Shown: piece by piece, positions 52,701 to 64,000 of the stretch | Layout: each line of letters starts with the position of its first letter | How positions within the stretch are numbered: the stretch's first letter is position 1 | Assembly (NCBI GenBank): GCA_964035545.1 | Contig: OZ037766.1 | Coordinates: 13,258,722 to 13,322,721, forward strand | Length of the DNA: 64,000 bases | DNA from: Bugula neritina | Taxonomy: Eukaryota; Animalia; Bryozoa | Direction of reading: 5' to 3' | Position numbers and translations under genes: made by a program | The notes under the pieces: model-generated | Told to the model about the DNA's origin: nothing | The model's database searches: none | Seen by the model: the letters and a program-made list of their open reading frames with translations, nothing else

Positions 52701-55700
52701 CTATACTATACTACACTATACTACACTATACTATACTACACTATACTATACTATACTACACTATACTACACTATAGTATACTACACTATACTATACTGCA
52801 CTACACAATACTAAACTACACAATGTTACACTACACTACACTATACTATAGTACACAGCTTTATATTCTATACAATACACAGCTATATTCTATACTATAC
52901 ACTATCCAGTAATACTCTATACTATACAGTAATACTCTATACTATACAGTAATACTCTATACTATACAGTAATACTCTATACTATACAGTAATACTCTAT
53001 ACTATACAGTAATACTCTATACTATACACGACTATACTCTACATAATGTACAATGCTACAACATACCTGCACACCATTCAATATACTTCCTATAGAACGA
53101 AGTGTTGAAAGAACATGCTGGAAGGTTTTAGATTTTTCTACAGCTTCTATTCCAACTTTGAGATCAAACAAGGGTTCAGCAATTTCCTGAAAGTAGAATA
53201 AATTCCTCACTATGTACAACTTATCTTACACATACCCGGGTATGTAAAATGAGATTCTTCAACACACATAGGTGCACAGTGCAACTGATTTGAGCATGGC
53301 ACTGCGTGAACAATATTAGCTTTCCATTGCATAAGTGTTGACAATTTCTACTACACAATACAGAACTAATGGCCAAACAAATGTGCAGAATAAGTAGAAA
53401 AATAGCTGTACTTTTACCATTATATTATATTAATTATTAAAAATATTTATAAGAATGTATAAAGGCACTCTCAAACTGGAGTTGTCTAACCTGTTCACGC
53501 TGACCACAATCTAATTTGAAAGTCCACAAGTAAAGCCTAGGAAGTAGTTCTGGAATAGAAGACATGGTCATGAGGAAGCTCTCTGCCGTCCCCAACTCTT
53601 TATCGGGATTGGCTTGAGTCGCCTCAACTATGGATTGTATTTCAGCTTGTGAAGGAATCATCGTCATTAGAAGTTTCTGTTGAAACGAATTCATGCTTTA
53701 TTATTGCTGTTAGTGAGAAAACGTATATATAACATAGAATATAAAAACAATCTATAGTCACACATGTTTTGAGAACTTTCTAACAACTCATTATCAAACA
53801 TGTATATTGGAATAACAGTTGCTACTTATATATACAAATTTGTGTGCAGTGTGACTTTTACATGAATGTATACTTGTGATCAACTAGAAAACATCACCAT
53901 TAGTGTTAAAGGCTCATGCAGGAGCACCTACCTCCACTCCTTCTCTGTTAATTATAGTGCTATCCATGTTGAGGATTGCTGCTCGGACAGCTCTGGGGGG
54001 AGGTAACTTCGTAAGAGCAATGTTAATGGCATTTGAACGCTTAGAGTCTAAGGCTGTGATAAATCTTCTAGCGGAGTCCGAGGGTTTCTGTAACAAGTGT
54101 AAAGTATAGCATATCACAGCTGCTGTAATCACAAATTAATGCATATATTTATTTTATTATCGTTATATTAATTACAAAAGTTTGTATAGTCTATAATTAA
54201 ATAATGCATAATGATATCAATTGTTTTGTTATCTGTAAGGTTAATAAATTTTATTTTAAAGGAGGAAAAAATTATGCTAGCCTTTGCAGCACTATAGTTT
54301 CCTATGAAAATGCTCATCAGATAAAATACGGTACAAAAATGTATTAGACTCAAACACAGAATAAGAATATATTAGATCTCAACTCTTACCTCTTTCTCCT
54401 GCAGTAGAAACACATCATGATTCCAGCAAGGAAGAGAGCTCATGCAATATATAAGACAAAATCCATCAAAATGCACAAAAACATAATTAAAACAAATTGG
54501 AAAATATTATTTTATTAGTTGTTATTAGAGTCAACAACAACAGAATAAAACTAAAAAGTTAACTAAATCCACACTTTGCCAAAATACTTTTAGATTAGTT
54601 TATATAGAATTAGTACCCGCTAAATCACTAAATTACTGTTTGAGATATCATTCTAGAAAACTGCTTCGACCAGAAAAAGTCAGGTATTCAGGCTATATAA
54701 TTTTTAGCATGCACTCTGAGCTAGCAGCAATAAATATTTGTATGAGCAGATACTCGTAGTAGGGGTGGACAATATACAGGGTGAATAATAATCATACTAA
54801 TACAACTTTTCAACTTAAACAACATGTCGGCAATTATAAAAATTATGACAGTTAATATAGCACAGCTGATAGGCAGTGATAGCTACTGTTACTAAATACA
54901 GCTCAAATAAAATCTCCACCTTTATTATGATTTAATAAGCAATTGCCTTAACATCAATGATAGTCAAGTTACAGTAAGCTAGGTATAACTAAATAGCCCT
55001 TGGTAATGGTGGTTGTGATGAACTGAAAAAAAATGGAACTAAAGTTAGTAACTTAGATGGGTATATTAAACCTCTGGTAGTAAAGGTTTTATGAGGGAGC
55101 AGCAGTGGTCTAGGGGTTAGAGCGTTTGCTTAGTGAACAGGAAGTTATAGGCCCGAACCCCGACAAAGGCCATTGGTGATGTTTGGAAGAGCATTCAATC
55201 ATAATTGCTACTGTGCCCCATCTAAACAAGTCCTTAGCCCAACTTAACAAAAACCCCTTCCATCAGGGGTTTTCTCACAAGAATGGTGACTATAAACTTG
55301 TGTGAGAGAGTAAAGGCTCTTTGTGAACTTTGCCTCCACCCCTGTATGCACGCCCTCTATATAAATGTATTAGTAGTGTTACCAAAGTAGTGCTTCTTTA
55401 AAGAAATTATTTTAAAACTTTTCATTCTATCAAATAAAATTACAGTTAAGATCACATAAATAATTTATTGCAATGCTGTGTAGAGCCATGCAAATTATTT
55501 TGTGTAAGAAATTAATCAGTCCTCATTCCACACAGCAAATCAGTTCAACTGAATGTTATAGAGCATCTGTATATATCATATCTATGTAAGGGTATGTTCA
55601 TATGGGCATCTCACAATTCACGTACCTTGACTTTATTGTCAGATAACTTATTCCCAAACAGAGATCCAAACTTTGCTAACTCAATGGAAGAAGGTTTGAT

Positions 55701-58700
55701 TTTTTGCCAAATTGTCCCATTGATTTTCAGCCTAACGTTTGGATTTGCAATCTGCAAATTATATTTAAAAAAGCAAATATAATATGAGTGCAATATATTT
55801 CAACATTACAGTAACTAGTCTTCTAGTGCTAATGTGTATAGGTCATATATTTTGAAGAGCATGAAGCTATACTAATTTCTGTGCTGGAGCACAGCCAAAC
55901 AAAGAAACCGCACTGTGCACAAGTCAAGTTGTGTGCAGTGTATTTGTATACTTAAAGGATTGCTCTATCTTGTCTAATAAATGGCCATTTAGGTCAAACA
56001 CACATAATATTGTGTTTTTCTAAGCATGCATTGACAAAAAGCATTTGACCAAAGGTAGAAAAAGTTAGTTGAAGTTGAGGGTGTAGATTGGTAACAGCCA
56101 AAACGGCGATTTTGAAATGAACTGGGAACTGTGACGTAACAGCGCCAGCATTCCTGCTGGTCACGTGACTATACAAAGGAATAACTATAGAAATATGACT
56201 GTGAGATGTGATCTTTCAGCTCGTAATTTGTATATTTATAGAAGTGCAAATGTGAATTATCTCAATCTATAGTTTTTTGACATGTTGAATAACATGTATG
56301 TGATAACATTAGGCCATATTTTGCTTGTAAGCATAGAAAAAAGCATTGCAAAAACATGCATTCTTTAGGATGAATGCCTGCGATCGATCTAAACTAGGTC
56401 AGATTGTGCAATATTACAGGCGCACCAAAGCTGACCTATATAGCGCACTGTAACTGCTTGAGCGTTATTGGTTGATGTTGCGCTCAGCAACCTTGAATAC
56501 TAGCATTATAGTTAGCACGTGCAGCATAGTTACTGGCGTTCACACGTCACGTATTAGGCTATTCTTTTTCATGGCTGAAAATTTTACCTCCCTCCAAATT
56601 GGAATTTTGAAAAGCTGTTTTCTAGGCATATATCCCTTTGCAAAGTCACAATTGTTTGCATACACATTAGATTATAGTTCATAATTATAATGTGATTGTA
56701 ATAAACTAAGATAGAGCAATCCTTTAAGGTAACTTGTAATGTAGAGTGGCTGTAGTGTATATATTTATACCCGAAAGAATATACCATGAAAGTTGTAGCA
56801 GTAGCAATCACATGAATACACACTATAAACACGTATAAACTTTAGACACTATATACATTATACTGGTTGAAGTATATAGTGTATAGTCACAGTAATGTCT
56901 ACTATAGTAATTATTCAGTCATGTCTAATAATAAATGTTTAACATAAAAGTATCATAACTTCAGTAATATCTTATATACCTTGGAATCAACTTCCTTCCA
57001 ATGCAAACGCAATGTCTTTGGTTTGTTGCTGATGATGACATTTGATAGAGATGAAGTGTGGTTTGTAAGAGGTGAAGCAGAAGATGGAGGAGGTGGTATT
57101 CCAGAGGGTGGAGGCAGTGGTATTCCAGGGGGTGGAGGAGGTGGTATTCCAGGGGGTGGAGGAGGTACCCCTAAAGGTGGAGGAGGTGGTGGTGCGACTC
57201 CTGGCACCGAAGACATCATTACTTGAGGCAAAAACACATCTATGTCATCATCGTCATCCAAGTCTGTGAAATCTATGTCCTTGATTCGGAGTTGTCTCAG
57301 TCTTGCAGAGCTTCAGTTTAAAATACAATTTATCAGCTATGCACTGGTATAAGAATACGAACATTTTAAAACATCAACACATGAATTACATAAATTGATA
57401 AAAATAATTAAATAATAATTAATTGATCAACAAAAATTAATAAATTTAATAAAAACATTTAAATAAATTAATACAAATTAAAAACTCGATTTCGAGTCAT
57501 AAACCTGGAAAACTACCCAACTCACACACACAACAAGTAACATGTTCAACAACTTAAATAATCAACACAAACTAAACATACATTTCAAGTTTGTCCCAAG
57601 ACTCATTAGTTTTAAGAGACTGAGTTGGCTGGTGCGACTGTTTCAATGGTTTACTCGTGTCTTGGGTGACTTTCATTTGAGTGATCTTATCTTTGATTGT
57701 AGAGACAGCCTCACTTCTTTGAAACCCATTATCTGTATTCTGAGTTGTGTTGGGCTCAGACTGACTGGTCAACTGGTTAGCTATAGAGCTGACAACTCCC
57801 GGGGAAACGGCAGCCACCGGAGTTGCTATTGCTGGCTCTATTATATCTTCTTGTGCCTACAGTTACAATTATAGTATCAATAAAGCAAGCTATAGTACCA
57901 TACAGTATATCATACATTCTTGTCCAACAATAGAAAAGTTAAAAAATAAATACAATAGAAAAATGAAACAATGGACAAAATAATTATAATCATATCTTTT
58001 AATAAAAATGAAATAACTTGGAAAATATGTTGATCTATGTTGAGAACACAGGCAGGTAGTAGCTTAAAATCATTAATGACAATTACATTTTCCTCACACA
58101 CTTGAACAACCAAAAAGCAATGACTATCCTTTGAATAATATAATATTGTTAACTACTTATTCAAGCATATTACTTTATAGAGTAACAATATATGTACTAG
58201 TACATTAATAGCTATTAGCTACATCCGCTTCAAACGTTCATGTATAGTTCTAAATTTACGAGTTTAAGTAGAAATATACCAGACTATTCCAATCATAAGA
58301 ACTTAAAAGTAATAAGTTCTTTCCCACCTTTTTGTTAGCCATGGCATATTTTCTCCAGCGAGCATTGTTGAGATTGCCAGATACAGAGAGGGTATCATTA
58401 TCAGAGTCTTTCCAAGTGCCATAACCACTGTCAGAGAGGCTGTAAACAGTGTATAAACAGCTGGCATATAGAGTTCAATAATATAACCAGTTTAAGTTTC
58501 TCATGATGCATCACATTTTCAACATCAAGCCAAAACTTATACGAAATTCTTTAATTTATTGAGTGAAAATGTTAACAGTTGAAGTCGTCATCTCAACCAT
58601 CAAAATCCTTTTTAAAATCTCCACCAAATATTAACAATCCTGCCTTCCCAACTTGCTATTCCCATACGCTTATAAATTAAAAATAAAATAGAAAAAGGCA

Positions 58701-61700
58701 TTAAAAAAACTTAAGACATAAGAAGTTATTCATGCTAAAATGGTAAAAATAAAAGCACCGTAGCTCACCTTTTGAGAGCAGATACTTCAGCTGCCACGTC
58801 ATTCCCTGCAACATTTATAAACTTCTACCATGTTTGGTATCCAATGTCTTCACATTATTAATATTACCTTATGCTATTGGCATGCACACAAAACCAACAG
58901 ACATTTATTTCTCAGTACAATATTTAACTTATAGTGCATGTACTCATATATCCATATACGCTAGTATAACAAATACACAATGGGATTTTGTATGCATGTT
59001 TCTATATAATATCAGCTATTATGAATGCAATCACACCGTGTTTTGTTTCAATTTAAATTGGAAAATTATTTTTTTTTAAATATTCTGTTCAATAGAGCTC
59101 ATCTATGCAGCAATGTTACTGGGCTATTTGAAGTTATGCAATAGACAGAACTTGTACCTGATAGTGGAGTAAGTTGAGCACTTTCATGACTAGCTTTCTT
59201 TGACTCCCTGTAAACAATTGTTCCAATATATTTATTATATGATGAATATACAGTACAGTGTGTTGTACTAGCTCACTATAATAATATGTATATACTGTAT
59301 TAGTAAATTAGTATATCACATTCACTAGCTAGGAAGAATTTCATCTAGCTATTGATCGCAAGCTATAATAGATTTATGCTATTTCACGATATTTGCAAAA
59401 TATTCTTTTTAAATACTATCATATATGTTATATAAATACTTCAAAACGATAAAAAAGTGACTGGAATAATAACTTACAAAGAGCTTTTCAAAGCGCAGAG
59501 AATTGGTCTGTGCATGTTGCAGTGACATTATGAATAACGTTATGTCTAGCACAACAGCATGGTATTCAACAATAAATTAATAACTATTCATTCTGAGTAT
59601 ATGACTTTTTTAAATTTCTCAAATAAAACTATTGTTTAAAAATTATCTTTTAAAATTGTTGCATTTTTCACGGCACAATTACTATGCTATACAACTTTCA
59701 AACACCTGGGTACATTTTAAATGTAGAACTACATATCGTAACATAGCAATTGAAATATATCCTGCAGCAGTTGCAACATAAAGCTGTTGGCCAAAAATTT
59801 TCTATTAAACAGTTTAGATAAAAATTAAATAATCTGCCTAGACAGGGAAAACAACTCATGTATTCTACTTGAATGAAAAATGAAAAGCTGATCAAGTGAT
59901 CAACTGCTCCCGTCTGTAGAACAGCAACTTAAGCATTAAATTTCAAACCAATATTTCAATTTATAAAATTATTAGGAAAGCAGCTCCTGTAGAAATACCC
60001 CATGCTAACTAGCTCTCTCTATTGGCTTAAGTCATCTTAAGTCATGATCTTACCAGCCGAATATCTCCATACACCTGGCAAGGTGCTTAGCAAGTTCCTG
60101 CTCTTTCTTCTTTTGAGCGTCAAGTCTAGTTATTAGGACTATCATATCTTGCTGCTCTAAGGTCTGTTTAGCCATAGCAAATGTAGTAGGAGGAAGGGAA
60201 ACAACCACCTGCACAAGATGCCAGTGCAGAGACAGGTGGTTATACGTAGTTATAATGTATAATTACATAAGGGCAAAGTTTGTATATGTGCCAGTCCAGA
60301 AAAATTACCAATTTTTTTTATAATTTCAGAATGTAACTCCTTCAATGTTATTAAATAAGTTAGTATAGGCTGAGATCAATGACTTTAAATTCTCACACCG
60401 AAATATAAGATGGCTAACCATGTTTAGAAGAGCCAATACAAGAGAACACAACTCCGTGTCATCATTATCTTGGTCCAAAATGTCTACCAGATTGTTGAAA
60501 GGGAAGACTTCTGTTAAAAATATTGAGAACTGAACTGATTTGATAAACTTTACATATATTAATTGATAACATAACATAAAAATACTTGTCTAAGCTATAA
60601 TAAAATATATTTAGGTTTATTCATTTCTTCAAACAGTCAATTACAACTATTTAATATATAAATTATTCATAGAGAAATAAATAAACAATCTAACATCACA
60701 TTTTAATACAGAAGGCGTAGGATAACTCCATAATAAGTTGTTAACATTTCTAATCCATGACATATAAGCAACACTTACCTTTATCCAGGTCCACTTCACA
60801 AATGGCAGCATACAATAGACTAGCATTAGCAGATGCATATTCAGCAAATACTAGCAGCAACATAAGGGAGCTTTTCACCACCAGTCGAAACTAAAATCAG
60901 ACAACTCCCAAGGATATAAATTAGCCTGCCTGGCTATATGTTGCATTATTTCAAATATTGTAGATAATTTTAGTCTGGGTTTTATGTAATGTATGACACG
61001 CAACTACAATATCTCAAAGAGTCAAGGCCAAAGTGGTGTCATAAACCTTTCACATCAAAATGATATACTCCTGTGTGAATCAGTCAAACTTGCTGTGTAC
61101 AAATAGTTTAACAGAAACGACTTGCCTGTATGCAGGGATGCAGTGCTAATAGAACTTGAAACCTTAAAATAAACTTAATGATTATGTACCTACTGCATAA
61201 AGATGGATATATTTGCCACACTTATCAACTTTTGCTGCAAGTCAACAATCACAAGAGACTCTTATAACTAATCACACTAAAAAGAAATTACACAAGTATG
61301 CGTAAAACATAACACAGCCACTACTATAATAAAATCAGAGATAGTTCAGTTCCACAAAGTCTTTTCTCTTACATTTCTTTCTACCTGTACTGCAGTTAAA
61401 ATGAAAAAACATACCACAGAGGATGTCCTAAAATACATCCACTTAATTAGACTCAGGTCATTTGTGACAGCTGCCATTCCAAATGGATAAGTTAACACCT
61501 GGCCAAAGGCTAAAAGTACAAAACATCATATAGTACATGCATGAAATACATACACTACATAGACATACAAATAATTTAAGTTGAGAAATGTTTAGAGCAA
61601 TTCATAAAACTCAAAACATAATTTACTAAGTTCAACTAAATGTTGGAAGATCAATCTGAATGCTTAATATTACTTCAAAGGCTAATTAGAAATCAAACTT

Positions 61701-64000
61701 TTTGCTAGTTTAAAATACTATCCTGTACACTAGGAACTAACTTATGTTATGAATATACAACCCATAACATTATAATGGGCACAGAAACCTTTTAAAATAG
61801 ATATCTGGTAATGTTGATCTCCTTTCATGGCATCGGATTTAGTCAGCCATCTTAACCCATCAACATCTATAAGCTCTCTGACAAACTCCGCCTCTTCCTG
61901 GTAATAAAAACAATGCCTCATAAGTTTCAAACGTTCTTTGAAATATTTCTTCAGCAAAAATTAGGACTTCAAATTGAAACAAAGCATTACAAAATAAATA
62001 ATTTTATTTTAAAACCATCTATTTTTGTGTTTTAAAACATTACTCAAGTCATTTCATTTGAATATCCAAAAAATTTGATTGCGTGCGCGTGTGTGCGCGA
62101 GTGTGCGCGTGTGTGTGCGTGCGTGCATGATGAGAATACATTACAAAACACAATAAACCACATATCACTATGAAAGACACTACAACCAGGCCATTTAATG
62201 AATAACTTGTTGCCTCACTTGAAACAAATGCTTGAGAGAAAGAGTCATTCTTCTCAGTTCTCGATCTCTAGCCCCTTCCAGAAGTTCTACAATATACAAA
62301 GTAAAAGAGTACTTCACTGCAATATTATGGTACACATTGTACAACAACAAGCCAGGATACAGAAGGTCAGTAGCACTAACCTAGCAGAATACAAGCTTTC
62401 ATAGAGAGACACAGCCTATTGGTCAGATCTGTGAGATTATCTGAGTTGACATAAACGCCATGCTTTGAGGTTCCTTTATGCTTTTGAAGAGTCATAGCAC
62501 AGTCTTGGAGCTGTTAAAAAGAGTTAATTTTTACATAATCTACCTGCTAGCAGGTTTCATTAGTAACAATACTTATAGACATGGCAGGCAACGTCTACGT
62601 TGAACTATTAACATTAGTAATGCCATGTCAACTACAGTTCCATGACCTGCGTGTAATATACGTACAAACCATATCACTTTAAAATAAAGTACTCTTTAAT
62701 AAAGAAAACAGGAATGTATTATTAATAATAAATACTACAAAGTTTTGTAAAAAATAGGCTCTAGCTAACTATCTTTTAACTACATGCTTAGTAGAGAAAA
62801 AGTTTTTAACAATTAATGCTGTACAAAATTTTTTAAAATTGAAAAAGCTGACATCACACTTATAATTTTTTTGTTAAATTTTATGACTTATCCAAGTTAA
62901 CTGAAAGAACTAGTAAAAATTGAAGTATTCATTACCTTTTCAGTAGAGATCCCCATGCACTCCAGCAACTCATCAACTGACTCAAAGCCTTGAAACTCCT
63001 GATCTTGTCTAGAAGTGAAATGAGCTTTTCTTTTTTCACAGATATCAATAAGTTCATTGATGGTGATACAGCCCTTAGTAGCGACTATCGTTTTGCATAC
63101 ATTGATCCATGGCTTGGTACGATGATGAGCTCTAGAGTCTTTCCTGTGTTTAGATCTAGGTAAAGACTGAGACTTACTCTCCTCATCATCAGTAGTTTGA
63201 GAGAGGTCAATACCTTTACAGAGAGACTTCAGACGATCACTGGAATTCCACCGGCTAAGGTCTAATGACTTCTGGCTAAAAGATTCTGTAGATCTGGGCA
63301 AGGATCTGGTTTTGTCAGTCGAGCTTTCATACACTTTCTCTTCGAGAATTGTCTCCCCACCAAGTTCCCATTTTGAACTGGGCCTGCCATGATATTTAGT
63401 TTGTATATATTTAAAATAACAGTAATATTGGTAACAATATCAACATTATATCAGAATTTGAAATATAATACTACTCATATACATACTAAGCATGTATCAG
63501 CTACTATATAATGCTTGCATGATTAGTTGGTAATAAGACTTACCTATACATGTGAGGCTTTACGAAAGATGGAATAGAGTTGTCTGAGTCGTAGTTATAG
63601 TCACTTGTCCAACTGTCTGCCATTGAAGACTCATCATCCGAACTTTGAAGAGCAACATAACCGTATTCTGCCTGATTGTCAGTTTCTGGAGGAAATTTCT
63701 CCTTAAATGGAGATATTCTCTTTGATAAGTCGGGAGAAGACTGAGCCATCCGATGCAATGGACTAAGTTTACTTTGTAAACGTAAATTTTTAGTATTCTG
63801 GGAGTCGATGATATTTACTTCTTCAGTGTTAGTATTGGCATCATTATTCTGAATAGATAAACTAACTTTTGGGTCTGTGACCGAGATCTTGGCTGGAATT
63901 CTAGCATCATTTTTCTCGTGTGTCATTTGATGCAATGTAGAACTGGCTTTTTCAACTTCTTTGTTTTTACGACTTTCAACGGGCTTCACCTTAACATCTG
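49724..64000 (-). CDS. FHOD: FHOD-family formin (GBD/FH3-FH1-FH2-DAD), 5' end beyond window. Main exons 63997-63544, 63383-62936, 62510-62381, 62286-62219, 61897-61789, 61509-61415, 60890-60779, 60510-60419, 60208-60054, several small exons at 58.3-59.2 kb, 57856-57582, 57310-56980, 55751-55626, 54398-54390, 54087-53932, 53676-53491, 53186-53067, 52369-52208, 51869-51673, 51154-50950, 50316-50187, 49929-~49724 (3' end uncertain)
   Basis: FHOD-type motifs: RELRRMTLSLKHLFQ, DQHYQISILKAFGQVL, FRLVVKSSLMLLLVFAEY, LRIKDIDFTDLDDDDD, polyproline FH1, KTLRLHWKEV, LDSKRSNAINIALTKLPPPR, LGTAESFL, EIAEPLFDLKVG, KVPEVKDT, FCKIVSGFSLEYKVMRERIL, and a DAD-like DDLEMVL followed by a basic tract. Confidence 0.9.
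52525..52850. repeat. Pentanucleotide satellite (CTATA/CTACA)n, intronic in the formin gene
   Basis: Read directly; it is the source of the spurious YTIL/HYT ORFs. Confidence 0.95.
52901..53020. repeat. 20-bp minisatellite actatacagtaatactctat x6
   Basis: Five perfect units plus one with a single mismatch, adjacent to the pentanucleotide satellite. Confidence 0.95.
55095..55306 (+). mobile_element. tRNA-derived SINE, copy 5 (plus orientation)
   Basis: gggagcagcagtggtctaggggttagagcg (A box)...ggcccgaaccc (degenerate B box)...gactataaacttgtgtgag; flanking agtaaagg direct repeat at ~55079 and ~55309. Confidence 0.85.
55956..56723. mobile_element. Non-autonomous DNA transposon (768 bp) with TTAA target-site duplication and 16-bp TIRs; AG...CT termini suggest Kolobok rather than piggyBac
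   Basis: ttaa|aggattgctctatctt ... aagatagagcaatcct|ttaa (TTAA at 55952-55955 and 56724-56727). Confidence 0.8.

Noticed and set aside
52480-52912. ORFs of 98 and 140 aa rich in YTIL/HYT repeats
   Set aside because: They are translations of the pentanucleotide satellite inside a formin intron, on the opposite strand.
52901-53020. CRISPR-like regular repeats
   Set aside because: The units are head-to-tail with no unique spacers, the context is eukaryotic and there are no cas genes.
55095-55170. Possible tRNA gene
   Set aside because: The A/B boxes are the head of a five-copy SINE; the B box is degenerate and I could not build a full cloverleaf.
56981-57269. Gly-rich and VVFQG-repeat ORFs on the plus strand
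   Set aside because: They are antisense shadows of the polyproline FH1 exon.

Overview
AT-rich, intron-rich eukaryotic (metazoan, probably marine invertebrate) genomic DNA; most short ORFs in the track are exon fragments or noise. By joining exons at GT/AG sites and checking phases by hand I support five protein genes. (1) A 5'-truncated TMEM260 homolog (+, 164-8140). (2) A 35-exon, ~1829-aa secreted chitin-processing protein (+, 10736-36934) with the order signal peptide - AA15-type LPMO with intact histidine brace - active GH18 - inactive GH18 - 4x CBM14 - inactive GH18. (3) A SPRYD3-like SPRY protein (-, 37879-42260). (4) A secreted NHL/beta-propeller-like protein (-, ~44741-47350). (5) A 5'-truncated FHOD-family formin (-, ~49724-64000). 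Introns carry five copies of a tRNA-derived SINE, three non-autonomous TIR elements, a second dispersed repeat and several micro/minisatellites. The most notable feature is the single-chain oxidative plus hydrolytic chitin-degrading protein. All family assignments come from motif recognition, not from database searches, and the splicing is not confirmed by transcripts.
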